From Rhynchobatus australiae (Eukaryota), in NCBI GenBank assembly GCA_034780895.1, contig JAUZTB010008443.1, positions 62,001-124,625 on the forward strand: a DNA stretch of 62,625 nucleotides. The letters are read 5' to 3'. A program made the translations under genes and the position numbers. Positions within the stretch are counted from its first letter, which is position 1; each line of letters starts with the position of its first letter. Shown here piece by piece: positions 1 through 12,404 of this stretch. Under the pieces are notes generated by a model. The model ran no database searches. It saw only the letters and a list, made by a program, of their open reading frames with translations, and was not told the origin of the DNA.

Positions 1-289
1 CTTTTCAAGGTAAATTACGTGGATTAGTTTCACGATAAACTTTAACTTCTTTTAATTGATCTTCTTTTAAGCCTTTGGGCCCGTATTTAAATCCGTTTTC
101 AGTTAATACCAAAGTTCCTTGAAAAGGACCATAAGTAGTGTCGTATTTCATGAGATACAATAAATTTTCAGCGTTGGTTAAATCATTAACAGCAACGACT
201 TCCAATTCATCAAAATAATTTTCGGCAATCGTTCTTAAAGTTAAGCGACCGATACGACCAAAACCATTGATAGCTATTTTTTTAGACAT
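1..289 (-). CDS. gap: Glyceraldehyde-3-phosphate dehydrogenase, 5' part (runs off the window)
   Basis: MSKKIAINGFGRIGR Rossmann motif, VAVNDL, YLMKYDT; SD AAGGAG upstream; the 'stop' at 5-7 is TGA (Trp in LPW). Confidence 0.97.
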
Positions 290-463
290 ATTTCTCCTTA
301 AAGTAAAATTTGTAAATATAAAAGCAATATAACTTAATTATATTCCAATTTTGCTGCTTAAAAATTTAAATATCTTTATTTCCGGTAAGAATTATAAGTA
401 TTTATTTATTGTATAAATATGAAAAAAATAATTATGAAAAAAATTTAAATATTAGTATAAATT

Positions 464-1333
464 TTATTTGATTGTGATTCTTTTCTTATCTGCGAATTGA
501 TAATCCGTTAAATAAATAATTTTTTGCTCTTTACAAAATAGTTTGATTAAGGCTGGATGTTTATGAAACTGAGAATCAATTTTATCAAGTTTATCAACAG
601 CAAAAAAAACTTTTAATCTTTTTTCTTGATAATAAGTAAAAGCACCAGGATTAGGATTGTAAGCTTTAATGTGATTAATTAATTTATCAGCTTCTCAATT
701 TTGACTTTCAAAAAAAGCGTCTTCTTTTTTAAGTTTGGGACTTAAAGTTTTTAGTTGATGATTTTGTTCTTGGGGAATTAATTTTTTTTGATCTAAATTT
801 ATTAGTCAATCTTTAATGTTTATTACAGCTAATTGAGAAAGTTTTTTAAAAAGTGTTGCTGAAGTGTCTGCTTCTTCAACACTTAGAGAACTTTGTGCCA
901 CTACAGCGCCTGCATCCATTTCTTTAACCATTACCATTAAAGAAATGCCTGCTTCTTTATCGCCATTTAAAATTGTGTATTGAATCGGTGCTGCGCCTCG
1001 GTATTTTGGTAATAATGAGCCATGCACATTTAAAGGATATTTTTTAGCTAAATTGAGAATTTTGCTCGGTACAAACTGCCCATAAGATGCGCAGACAATA
1101 TAATCAAAATCAAGCTTTTTTAACTCATCATAAATAGTTGCTATTTTTTCTGGTTCATAAATTTTTATGTTCTTTTCTAAGGCCCAAGTTTTAACTACTC
1201 CTTGGTTAATTTTTTGACCACGATTTTGTGGTTTATCTGGTTGCGTAACTAGTCCACTAATCTCAAAATTATTAAATACTTCTTGAAATATGGGAAGCGC
1301 AAAGTCTCCTGTTCCTAATAATAAAATTTTCAT
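464..1333 (-). CDS. fmt: Methionyl-tRNA formyltransferase
   Basis: GTGDFA, VTQPDKP, NVHGSLLPKYRGAAPIQ, MDAG; reads through TGA at 806-808 to TAA at 464-466. Confidence 0.95.
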
Positions 1334-3316
1334 TTAATTGGCCTCTAGTTCTAAGATTAAATCTCTTAATTCCGCCGCTCTTTCGTATTGCATTTTCTTA
1401 GCGGCATCATACATTTGTTTTCGTAAATTATTAATTGTTTCAGCTTTTGAAAGTTGATTTTTAGAATCGCGCTTTGATTGTTTTAAAAAGGCGTTGACGC
1501 TATTGGCAATGACACTACCTTGAATTGGCTCCGAAATAGCTTTGATAATAGTTTGCGGATTAATTTTATACTTTTGATTATGCTCAATTTGCAAAGCTCT
1601 TTTTTCTAAATTATCATCGATTGCTAATTGCATACTTTTACTAATTTTATCAGCATAAAAAATGACCCTTCCTTTATTGTTTCGTGCTGCGCGTCCGGTA
1701 ATTTGAATTAAACTGCGAGCATTACGAAAAAACGATTCATGATCTGCATCTAAGACAATTACTAAACTAACTTCGGGTAAATCAATGCCTTCGCGTAAAA
1801 GGTTAATACCAATCACAAGATCGTAAACCCCTTTTCGCAATTTGCGTAAGATTTCGTTTCTTTCAAAAGTTTTGTGTTCGCTATGAAGATAAGCTACTTT
1901 GAGATTGTGTTTTTGAAAATAGCGTGTTAACTCTTCAGCAAAGCGTTTTGTAGTCGTTAAAATTAAAGTTCTTTCTTTTTTGGCAATTTGCTTTTTAAGT
2001 TCATCATAAATGTTTTCAATTTGATTCGTTTTTTGTCTAATTTCGATTTTAGGATCTAATAAACCCGTTGGACGCACGATTAATTTAGTAATTTCGTTTT
2101 GTGATTTTTCAATTTCATAAGGCGCTGGTGTTGCCGAAATATAAATTTTTTGAAACTCATAAGCTTCTCATTCTTGAAATTTTAAAGGGCGATTATCAAG
2201 CGCAGAAGGAAGACGAAAACCGTATTCCACCAAAGTTAACTTACGTGAGCGATCGCCTTTATACATAGCATTAAGCTGCGGAATCATCATATGACTTTCA
2301 TCAATAAAAATGAGCGCATCCTTATTTAAAAAATCAAAAATGGTGTAAGGTTTTTCACCTTTTTTGCGTCCTTCAAGATGACGCGAATAATTTTCAATGC
2401 CTTTAGTAAAACCAAACTCTTCAAGATTATCAATGTCTTCTTTAATGCGTTGCTCAAGTCTTTGTAATTCTAATAACTTATTACGCTCTTGAAAATATTT
2501 TTTGCGATCAGCAAATTCTTTTTTAATTTTTACTAATGCCTTTTTTAAAGCTTGTGCTTGAGTAATGTACATAGAGGCAGGATAGATGGTAAATTGTTGG
2601 TATCTTTTTTTTAAAGTTTTGTGTAAAGGATCAATCTCTGCAATGCCTTCAATTTCATCACCAAAAAATTCCACACGAATGTAATGTTCGCTGTTTCAAG
2701 CTGGGGCAATTTCAATGATTTCGCCGCGGCTGATAAAAGTTCCAGGTTTTAAATCGATTTGGTTACGAACGTACTGACGTATAATTAATTGATGAAAAAA
2801 ATCTTTTCGTTTAATTTTAAGACCAACGCGTAAATCAAAAAAAGCTTGAGCGTATTTATCTGGAGCAAAAGTTCCGTAAATAGAAGCTACTGAAGCGACA
2901 ACGATGGTATCGTTATTAGTTATTAAGGAATTTAAAGAACTTAATCTTAAAGCTTCCAATTCAATATTAGTTAAACTCGTTTTGTCAATAAAAGTATCGC
3001 TGCTCGGAATATAAGCTTCAGGGCGATAATAATCAAAATAAGAAATAAAATATTCAACGCGATTATGAGGGAAAAATTCTTTAAGTTCAACATAAAGTTG
3101 TGACGCTAAAGTTTTGTTGTGAGAAATAACTAAAACTTGACGTTGCAGTTGCGCAATGACATTGGCAACTGTGAAGGTTTTTCCTGAGCCAGTAACCCCT
3201 AAAAGAACTTGGTCTTTTAGACCTTTTTTAATGCCAGCTACTAATTGCTTAATGGCCTTAGGTTGATCACCAGCTGGTTGGTATTTAGAAAAGAGTTGAA
3301 AAGGCTTGTTTTCCAT
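1334..3316 (-). CDS. uvrB: Excinuclease ABC subunit B
   Basis: [47 protein letters not shown] and C-terminal [12 protein letters not shown]; three ORF-track pieces share one frame. Confidence 0.97.
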
Positions 3317-3407
3317 ACTCAAAATTATATAAAGATATTTTAAAAGCTTTCTAATTTTGCAGTGCTCTTTCTTTGATATTAAAATTCTTTTCTTTATAAT
3401 TTTTTTA

Positions 3408-3863
3408 ATGAAGAAAAAAATTGCTATTTTTCCTGGTTCTTTCAACCCTTTTCATCAAGGACATTTAGATATCTTAAAAAAAGCGCTCAAACTTTTTGAT
3501 TTAGTTTATGTATGTATAACGATCAATCCTGATAAAAAAGACAATTATGATTTCGAAAAACGAAAAGCAAAAATTATTAAAGTTACCCATATTTTCAAAA
3601 ACGTCAAAGTGATTATTAATAAAGATAAATTTACTGCTAATTTAGCTCGCGATTTAGGTATCAATTATTTAATTCGCAGCGCTCGTGATAATGTTGATTT
3701 TGTTTATGAAATGGAACTTGCACACGGTAATAAATCAATCTATCAAGACTTAGAAACAATTTTATTTTTCCCAGAACAAACTCACATTAAATACAACTCT
3801 ACATTGTTTAGACACCGAGAATTTTTTAAAAAAGTTGCCGCTCAAAACCCTAAAAAAAGTTAA
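3408..3863 (+). CDS. coaD: Pantetheine-phosphate adenylyltransferase
   Basis: [18 protein letters not shown] (HxGH), INPDKK, LIRSAR, LETI; TATAAT 7 nt before the ATG at 3408. Confidence 0.92.
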   Translation: MKKKIAIFPGSFNPFHQGHLDILKKALKLFDLVYVCITINPDKKDNYDFEKRKAKIIKVTHIFKNVKVIINKDKFTANLARDLGINYLIRSARDNVDFVYEMELAHGNKSIYQDLETILFFPEQTHIKYNSTLFRHREFFKKVAAQNPKKS

Positions 3864-6436
3864 ACACTTTTTTTATTAATTTCTAAATTGTTTTCAATTT
3901 GAAAAACTAGTTCAGTGATTTTGTTTTTGAATTCACTTTTTTGCTCGTCATTAAAATTCATCAAGATCTGCTTTTGATCATCATTGAGCGAGTTTAAATC
4001 ATTAGCTAATAAGTTTTTTAGTTCTTCAAGAGTGAAATTTGAATTACTAAAAAAATCTTCCAGTTTGTCAATAATTGGTGGATGATAAATGGCATTTTGG
4101 TTATTAAAAAGACGTTCAATGGCATTTATAGCAATATTTAAAGTTAAAGTTTCAAACAGTTTAGTACCTTCATCAGTATAAATTTGGTAAGGATTTTTTT
4201 GTGCGTATTGCACTAAATTAGTGTTGGAACGTAATTTATCCATAGCGTTAATGTGCTCTTGTCAAAGATGATCAAAAGTTTGTAATAATTTTGCTCTTTC
4301 ATCGACTAAAACATAATCTTCACCGTAGTTTTTAGCAATATTAAGTCTTAAATGAACGTATTCATTGTAAAGACCATCAGCGATATACAAAGCTAATTCT
4401 TCATTATGAATGCGTGCAAATTCCGTTTCGTCAAATTTAAAATTGACGAGCTTTAAAAATTGTGAGTTTACGTATTGGCAAATTTTAGAGTAGTTTAAAC
4501 TACCGTTTTTTAAGGCAAAGATAGGCATTTTAATAATGTGTTTAGCAACCGCATCAATCATGCTCTCAATTAGTTCTAATAAATTATCAGCATTTAAAAT
4601 AATATCTCTTTGCGTGTAAACAAGATCGCGTTGTTGACGAATTACATCATCATAATTTAAAACTGTTTTTCTAGAATCATAATTAAAGCCTTCAATTTTT
4701 TTTTGCGCTCTAGAAATAATGCTAATTAAAGCTTTATCTTCAATACGATTTTCACCAAATTTTTTGAAGGCTTCTTTTCATTTATCTTGGACTGAAAAAC
4801 GCAAAATTAACTGATCGTCTAAAGACAAAAAAAAGCGCGAATAACCAACGTCTCCTTGGCGACCGCTGCGCCCTCGTAACTGATTATCAATGCGTCTTGA
4901 TTCAGCTTTTTCGGTTCCTAAAACATAAAGACCGCCTAATTCTAGAGCTTTAGCTGAAGGCTTAATATCGGTTCCTCTTCCGGCCATATTAGTAGCTATG
5001 GTAACGGAACCAACTTGACCAGCTTGAGCGATAATATCGGCTTCATTTTTATTTTGTTTAGCATTTAAAACGGTATGTCTAATGCCTGCCTTAGTTAAAA
5101 GACGGTGCAACATTTCTGATTGTTCTATTTGTTGTGTGCCAATTAGTAAAGGTTGACCGCGCTTATGGGTGCTTCTTACTTCTTCAACGATGGCTTTATT
5201 TTTAGCATGCATGCTCAGATAAACAACATCAGCATCATCTTTACGAACGATTGGTAAATTAGTGGGAATTACATTGACGCGCATATTATAAATATCGATA
5301 AACTCTTGTTCTTCAGTTTTAGCAGTTCCAGTCATTCCTGAAAGCTTGTTAAATAAGCGGAAAAAATTTTGGTAAGTAATTGTGGCTAAAGTTTTAGTTT
5401 CATCTTCAATTTCTAAATTTTCCTTAGCCTGAATCGCTTGTTGAAGCCCTTCAGAATAAGCCCTTCCTTCCATAACGCGACCGGTAAATGAATCAATCAG
5501 TTCAATTTTTTGATCTTTAACGATATACTCAACATCAATACTCATAATTTTATTAGCACGCAAGGCGTTTTGAACGCGGTGTACTAATTCCGAATTTTTA
5601 ATGTCGTATAAATTATTAATTTTAAAAAAACGATTAGCTTTATCAATGCCTTGATCTGTTAGCTTAATGCTTTTACTTTCATGATCAATTTCAAAGTCTT
5701 CTTCAGAAATAGTTTTTGCGAATAAATCAGCCTGCTCGTACAAACGTGAATTGTCTTGTGAGCCACCAGAAATAATTAAAGGTGTTTTTGCTTCATCGAT
5801 TAAAATTGAATCTACTTCATCTAAGAGAACATAATTAAGTCCACGCTGCACTTTGCGATCTTGATCTTGGACCATATTATCACGTAGATAGTCAAAACCT
5901 AATTCAGAGTGAATTGAATAAGTAATATCGCAAGCGTAAGCTTCCCTTTTTTGAGCAGCAGCTAATTGTGGTTTATTAACACAAACTGTCAAACCTAAAA
6001 ATTCATGTACCGGTCTTAATTCATTAGCATCACGTTCTGCTAAATATTCATTAACAGTTGAAACTATGACACCTTTTTTACTGAGTGCATTAAGATAAAC
6101 CGGAGCAATTGAAGTAATGGTTTTACCTTCACCAGTTTTCATTTCTGCAACACTGCCTAAATCAAGAATAACACCACCTAGCATTTGCACATCAAAAGGT
6201 TCTTTTTTTAAAATACGATAAGTCGCTTCTCGAGCCGTTGCAAAAACTTCGGCACGGATATCTTCGAGTCGCTTGCCTTCTTCAAGCAGTTTTAAAAATT
6301 TATTAGTTTGGGCTTTTAATTCTTGATCACTCATCGCCTTCATAGTGGGACGCAAAGCCTTAATTCTAGCTAAAGAAGCTTCAGCAATACGCATTTCTGC
6401 AGATTTAAAATTAAATAATTTTTTAAATTTTGACAT
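3860..6436 (-). CDS. secA: Preprotein translocase ATPase SecA
   Basis: EMKTGEGKT, LDEVDSILIDEA, ATNMAGRGTDI, RRIDNQLRGRSGRQGD; single frame, 858 aa. Confidence 0.98.
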
Positions 6437-6588
6437 ATGGTAATTTTACAAAAGTTTAGAAAGAGCAACCTTTAAAAGCGAGAAATAATTTTTATTAATT
6501 ATCAGACAATATTATTAATTTTTTATAATTATGGCAATTAAGGTTCTTTAAATTTTAATTTAAAGATTTTCTTTCAATAACAATTAAT

Positions 6589-6930
6589 TTAGTTTATTTT
6601 AAAGTTCTGCCACCTAAATCTTTGTGTCTTTTCAGTAAGCGCGTGCGTATTCACTATTTTATCTTCTTTATAAAATCAGTTTTGTTTTTTTATTAATTTG
6701 ATTTTGCAAAAAATAAAGTTATTAACTAATTTTTGAACTAGCTTAAAAGCTTCTTTTTGTCAAGACTTAAAATTGTAAATTAATTTTTCTTTATTTATTT
6801 TGATAGATTTTTGTCAAAATGATAAATTTAATTTTTCTTTTCAAAAATTTTTTAATTTTCTTATTAAAAATATCGCTTTTTTTATTTCTTTTTTTCTAGT
6901 TAATTTTTGTACTAAGTCTTTATTGCTCAT
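6589..6930 (-). CDS. Hypothetical basic, Lys/Trp-rich 113-aa protein (not in the ORF track)
   Basis: Open only in code 4 (4 TGA codons): MSNKDLVQKLTRKKEIKKAIFLIRKLKNFWKEK...RFRWQNFKIN; SD AAAGGAG 9 nt upstream of the ATG. Confidence 0.6.
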
Positions 6931-7138
6931 TTTTAGTAACTCCTTTGATTACAGTTATTTTTGTAAAGCTTTTGTTATTGCTTTAATAACCAATTTACTA
7001 GAAAAAAGCTCGCAAGCTTAAAAATTAGGAAAAAATTAGGAAAACGAAAGCATTTTTGCTGATACATTAATTTTTTTAGATTAAAGAAAAATTTTTTTGT
7101 CACTAAAGATTAAAAAAGAACACCCATTTTTGCAAAAT

Positions 7139-7175
7139 AAAAAAACAACTTCTAATAATTAGGAAGTTGTTTTTT
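7139..7175 (-). terminator. Intrinsic terminator downstream of tig
   Basis: AAAAACAACTTCTAAT...ATTAGGAAGTTGTTTTT inverted repeat with A/T tails, 17 nt past the tig stop. Confidence 0.75.
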
Positions 7176-7191
7176 ACAAAAAGATTTTAAA

Positions 7192-8694
7192 TTATTTGCT
7201 AGTTTCTTTAAGTTCTAAGTTTTTTTTTGATTTTTTAGTAATTACGTTTTTTTGTGGAGCACTTTTTTTAGTTGAAAGCTTTTTTTGATTAGATTTTAGA
7301 TCTTTAGTTTCATTTGCATCTTTATTTTCAAGAGTTTCTTCTTTAAAAGTAAAACCTTGCAAGCTTTTTGTTTTTCAGTCGATTAGTTCTTGATAACTTT
7401 TAGGGTCATTATATTTAAGAAAAATTTCTAACAAAATTTTTTGACTAATAATTGGTCTTAGATTTTCTTTAGGTAAACTTTTTTTAAGAGCCTCGATTGA
7501 CATTTTCACTTTTTGTGACATCATGAAGTAATACTCTTCATAATTACGCTCTTGGACACTAATATTTTCACGGCGCATAATTTCTACCATTAAAAAAGTT
7601 TTAGCTAAAGCTTTTTCTGCTTCATGATGAATTTCTTCACCTAATTTTGCATCATCGTATTTCGTTAGCTTTTTGTACTCATTAAGACTAATGCCTTGTT
7701 GTTCTAAAGTTTCCAAAAAGTTTTTACGAATTTTACTCATTTCCTTTAAAAGTAGTGCGCGCGGAAAATTTATTTTTGAGTTCTTAATAATTTTAGAAAA
7801 AGCTTTATTTTGCAACACTTCACTATTACGTTCTAAATTTTGTTCTGTTAAAGTTTTTTCAAAATAAGGAACTAAATCTTTTTCAGTTTTTACTCCCGGC
7901 AGCGCAATTTTGGCTAAGTTAGCTTCTGAGAGTAAAAATGCTTCAGCTTTTTTAACAGAATGAATTTTAATTTTAAAAATAGCTTCTTTTTGAGCGTAAG
8001 TGCTAATGTAATAATCATCAGGAAAAGTTACTTTGATTTCGCCTTCATCATTTTTTTTCATGCCCAGCATTTGTTCTTCAAAACCTGGAATAAAAGTTTG
8101 TGAACCAATTCTTAAAGTGTGTTTTTCAAACGATCCACCATCAAACAATTCGCCATCAATGCGTCCTTCAAAATCAAAAGTAACTTCATCATTTTCTTCG
8201 ATAGCTTCATCACTTTCTTTTCAAGAACCATGACTAGAAGCAAATTTTTTAATTTCTGCTTTGATTTCTTTGGAGCTGGCCTTAAAAGGTTTTAACTTAA
8301 GGTCAAGGTTTTTATAATCCAAAGAATCAATTGTAGGTAAGAGTGGAAAAATAAAAGTAATTTCCAATTCTTCAAGACTATATTTATTAACTTGATAAGT
8401 AGGACTATCGACAATTAGATCTTCAGGCGTTAATAATTGCGCTGCTTTGATTTGATATTTACTTAAAAGTTTATTATCAATGGCTCGATTTCAAATCGTG
8501 CTATTAGAAATCAAGAAACGGGCTTGTTTTAAAAAAGCTTCATTTTTTATATTACCAGCACGAAAACCTTTAATTTTTTGTTTTGCAGCTAAAGCTAAAA
8601 AAGCTTTATTTTGCAGTTCTTTTCATTCTTGAGGATCAACTTCAACATTAATTAGTAATTCAGTTTTTTCTTTATTAATTGAACGAGTCGCCAT
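7192..8694 (-). CDS. tig: Trigger factor with a Lys-rich C-terminal tail
   Basis: KGFRAG ribosome-binding loop, FKBP domain FDFEGRIDGELFDGG...IGSQTFIPGFEEQM...VTFPDDY; SD AAGGAG. Confidence 0.95.
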
Positions 8695-8770
8695 AAATCT
8701 CCTTGAGCATAATTGGATTGAGAATATTTGAGAATATTTATTTTAAAGTATACAACATTTTCAGATCTTC

Positions 8771-8813
8771 TAAAAAGAGAAAGTTATTGCAAAAAAAGTT
8801 TCTCTTTTTTTAG
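8771..8813 (-). terminator. Probable terminator after the 8814-9437 ORF
   Basis: AAAAAGAGAAA...TTTCTCTTTTT inverted repeat right after the stop; large loop. Confidence 0.4.
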
Positions 8814-9437
8814 TTACTTTATGATCTTCTTCGTTTTTTCTAAAGTTTCCTGAAAAGAATTAATTAAAATTTGTGCTAGTTCTTTTTGCAGTTGCTGGTT
8901 TAAAAAAAGTTCTAATCCTAAGTTTTGGTATTTTAAATAAATAAAATTTAGAAAGATTTTTTGCTTTTCGTTTTTATTATCAGCTTTTTCTAAAAAGTGA
9001 TTAATTTTTTTAAAAAACTCGCTTTCACTAAAAGGTTTTAAATTTTGACAATTATAAATTTTTTTGTGATAAAGAAAAAGATATTCAATTTTGTGTTTTG
9101 TAAAAAAATTAATAATGTGAAATTGAAATCAAGGCGAAGCTTGCTTAAAGATTTTATCCAAAAGTTCTCATTCACTACTAATTTTAGGATCGATGCCATT
9201 AATTATTTCTAATAAAAAAGTTTGCGGATAGTTTGCGTAGTTTTTTAAAATTTCTTTAGTACTAAGATCATACTTATTAGTCGCAACAATCTTATTTTTT
9301 TTGAGCGCAGCTTCAATTAGCTCCCAAGCTTTTTTACTCACAAAATTATTTTTTAAAGCTTTAAGCTTGGCTTCTTTTCAATCTCGCCCGTGCGAACTCT
9401 CTAAAATTTCCATAATTGCTAGTTCTAATTCCGTCAT
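8814..9437 (-). CDS. Hypothetical protein, 207 aa (not in the ORF track)
   Basis: Open in code 4: MTELELAIMEILESSHGRDWKEAKLKALKNNF...EKTKKIIK; no recognised motif. Confidence 0.7.
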
Positions 9438-9473
9438 AATTTTAAAATATTCACTTATAAAGCATTAAAAAAA

Positions 9474-9550
9474 TGGCGATCACGAGAGGATTCGAACCTC
9501 TGACCACAAGCTTAGAAGGCTCGTGCTCTATCCTGCTGAGCTACGCGACC
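9474..9550 (-). tRNA. tRNA-Arg(UCU)
   Basis: GGTCGCGTAGCTCAGCAGGATAGAGCACGAGCCTTCTAAGCTTGTGGTCAGAGGTTCGAATCCTCTCGTGATCGCCA: cloverleaf, TCT anticodon, TTCGAA T-loop, encoded CCA. Confidence 0.97.
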
Positions 9551-9614
9551 ACGCTTTATAATTTTAGCTTAAATTTTATTATCAGCTATTTTTTTTCATG
9601 AGTCTACACAAAAT

Positions 9615-9697
9615 TAAACCTACAGACATGTCACTTCTCAATTTGGCTGCTTCATTTCTGCCCTGACCAGGTTATGAGGTTTACATTCTATAGGCCT
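9615..9697 (-). ncRNA. ffs: Signal recognition particle RNA (4.5S/scRNA)
   Basis: Domain IV-like GGTCAGGGCAGAAATGAAGCAGCC; ends pair (AGGCCTATAGA/TCTGTAGGTTT); extended -10 TGTTATAAT at 9702-9710. Confidence 0.9.
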
Positions 9698-9739
9698 ATC
9701 AATTATAACAATAACTTTAAGATAAAGTAAAATAATAAC

Positions 9740-10087
9740 ATGATACATAAAAAAAATGAACTTGTGATAATCAAAATTAATCAAATAATTAATTTTTATA
9801 TTAGTGGTAACACTTTTGATGGTAAAAAAATTCTCGTTCCTAAAGAAGAAATTATTGATACCAAAACTAATTTACAAACTAGCAAAATTTTAGAACAGTT
9901 GAAAATAGGACAAAAAATTAAAGTGCAACTGCTTGAATACGATAGTCAAAACGATTTATGATTAGGCTCTTTAAAAGCTTTAAGACCTAATCTTTTGAGT
10001 CCCAAATTAGCAGCTTGGGACCGTAAAGCAACTAGTGATTTTACTAAATTAAAATTACACATTGAAAAGATTTTAAATAAAAAATAA
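9740..10087 (+). CDS. S1 RNA-binding domain protein (GSP13/YugI-like)
   Basis: OB/S1-like pattern ...LKIGQKIKVQLLEYD...WLGSLKAL, ending FTKLKLHI; reads through TGA at 9959-9961. Confidence 0.65.
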
Positions 10088-10100
10088 ATTTTTTTAAACT

Positions 10101-10940
10101 TTAAAGCTTGTTTTCCTTTTCAAAAAGGAAAAAAAAATCTTTAAAAATGTTTGCCTCTGCGATTTTGGGGTAAATTTTATTGTTTAAATACGTTTTCATT
10201 TGTACTAAAGCAAGAGGTGTTAGTAAAATAATGATCATTTCTCGTTTTATTAATTTACTTATTAAAATAAAAAAATCAGCATTAAAAAACCAAATTGCTA
10301 ATTTTGAAACAATAAAATTATCAATAATTAATACTTCAGTTTTATCAATTTCTTCATAAACACGCTCGCTCTTTTGCTTAAAAGCAATTTCTGAAAAGCC
10401 ACGTTGAATTTCTTTCATTCATTTAAAAATGTCTAAAACCATCACTTTTTTATGGCTTTTTAAGAGCTTATGAACCATTTCATTAACGCTCGCTTCGCGT
10501 TTATAAAAAGGGTTTTCTCCTTGGCTAGTATTATCAAAGGCGCGATAGCATTTAGCTTCGGCATTTTTTAAATTTGCTGTTACTTTTTGATAAAGAGTAA
10601 AATCAGGATTTAAATTAAGATCTGAATTATTTATTAAGTTTAAATAAAACTCTTCTTGAAAGCCTTTTCAGTTGTGGGCAAAAACTAAATTACTATAAAG
10701 TTTTTTTTGGTAAAAATAAAACTCGATAGTATAAGCATCGTTAGTTTCATTTTGCGTTTGTAAATGTTTTTTTCACAAACTCGGTGTTTCTAGTTCAATT
10801 TCAGTTTCTCACTCTTTTTGGCTCAGTCCTAATTTAAAAGCATGTGCTTTTAAATTCTGAAATCAAATTTCTGCTTGTAGCGTTTTTGATAATTTATTTT
10901 TTAGCAGTTCTGGATTTTTTTTATGCATAAAGATCACCAT
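10101..10940 (-). CDS. DnaI-like helicase loader homologue, degenerate (start 10940 or 10928)
   Basis: Lies directly after the dnaB-like gene in the Firmicutes coaE-dnaB-dnaI order; Walker-B-like EVLIIDNF...IWF; no Walker A. Confidence 0.5.
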
Positions 10941-10944
10941 TATT

Positions 10945-11808
10945 TTAGTTACTATAAAGATTTTCGTATTTAGAAGTTTTGTTTTCAAAATTAGCTAAGT
11001 GTTTAGCAGTTTTCATGATTTTTTGAAAATGGGCTTCCACTTTTTCGATGCTAATAATTTTTTTAGTAACTAAATCAGTAGCGATTTTTTGTAAAAAAGC
11101 GTAAGGCACTTCTTTTAGTTTCCAAAAAGTGTAATTAATTATTAAATTTAAACTGACAAAACTAAAGTGTTTAATGAACTGTTGTTTTCAGTTACTTAAA
11201 TATTGCGGCGCCACAGCTTGACAAAGATAAGCATAAAATTTTTCAGGACTTAACTGCTCAGTCGCTGCAGTGAGCGATAAGTTCTTAATTGCCTCATTAC
11301 TTAATAAATTTAGTTTTGTGCCTGGCACATTGCTATTTTCTAATTCTTTTTTATAAACACTAAATATAGATTGAGACACTTCAGCATAATCATTACTCAA
11401 AGGCGCTTTGATTTGGCCTCAAGTTGCAATTAGTTGCTGAAAATTGTTGTTCCCTAAACTATTTTTTAAGAGTTTCACTAAGAGCGGATTGGCAAAAAAA
11501 TTTTTAAAATCATAAGGCAAAGCGAGTTGCAAAACAACGTGTTGGGCTTTTGTGGAAGTAAAAGTTTTAATCAGTCCACAAGCTTCTAGTCGGTGTAAGG
11601 CTGCTTTAATTTCTGGCTTTGGCAATTTTAAAAAAAGGGAAACTTCAGCAAAACTAAAGTTTTGCACATTATTGCTATGAAAGAGTAAATAAGTATAAAA
11701 AGCGAAGCCCGAAGTTTTAATTAGGGGCAGATAAAATCTGTTGACATTTTTAATACTTTCAATTGTAAAAGTACCTAATTTGGCGCAAGAAAAATACTCA
11801 AACAGCAT
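10945..11808 (-). CDS. dnaB: DnaB/DnaD-family replication initiation and membrane attachment protein
   Basis: FYLPLIK..GFAFYTYL, ALHRLEACGLIKTF, LPYDFKNFFANPLL resemble the Firmicutes DnaB N-terminus; synteny after coaE; SD AAAGAGGG. Confidence 0.7.
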
Positions 11809-11858
11809 ATTACCCTCTTTTTAAAAACAAATCCGCAATGTATTAAAATTATTATCTT

Positions 11859-12404
11859 TTAGTTGAGATGGTTTTTAACAAATGAATTTAAAAAATTTGC
11901 TTTTTGGCGCTCTTCGTAGCTAATGTTAACATCATAATGAGCTTTAGAAGTGTTATTAATAACGGCATATAGGAGTTTGCTCGATTTGTTTACATTGCGA
12001 CTGTTAAGAAAATGTATGCGTTGTTCTTCTGGGGTTGATAAGTAAATTACCTTCTTAAAAAGGGAGCGAAAATCGCATGCGCTCGAGTCGATTTTGGCAA
12101 TTTCAACGATTTCATAATTGCCATTGCTAATTTTTGTAAAGACAAGCTCATGCACTAAAGCTTCTAAAATTTTTAAATTTTGCGGCTTTAATCATAGTCA
12201 TTGTTTGAGCGCTTCTTTATTAACTTCTTTTGCATTAACAAAATTTTTTCCTAAGTGTTTTTTGATTCTTTGATAGCCTTGATTAGGAGCTTGATACAAA
12301 AAATTAACGTACTGATCGCAATCAAAAGTTTTATATCCTAAATTTTGTAGTTGTTTTAGTAAAAAAGATTTACCCGAACCACTTTTACCGATGATTGCGA
12401 TCAT
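11859..12404 (-). CDS. coaE: Dephospho-CoA kinase
   Basis: MIAIIGKSGSGKS P-loop, FDCDQYV, LEALVH, IVEI; two ORF pieces joined through TGA. Confidence 0.85.

Noticed and set aside
6605-6625. T-box-like TTTAGGTGGCA on the minus strand; also looked for a T-box before tyrS
   Set aside because: It lacks the UGGNACC consensus and lies inside the 6589-6930 ORF; the tyrS upstream gap (about 110 nt, shared with a divergent gene) is too short.
8719-8739. Direct repeat TGAGAATATTT x2 upstream of tig
   Set aside because: Only two short copies and no other instance noticed; insufficient support for a function.
8814-9550. Mobile element integrated at tRNA-Arg
   Set aside because: No integrase and no duplicated tRNA 3' end; only one hypothetical gene lies before tig.
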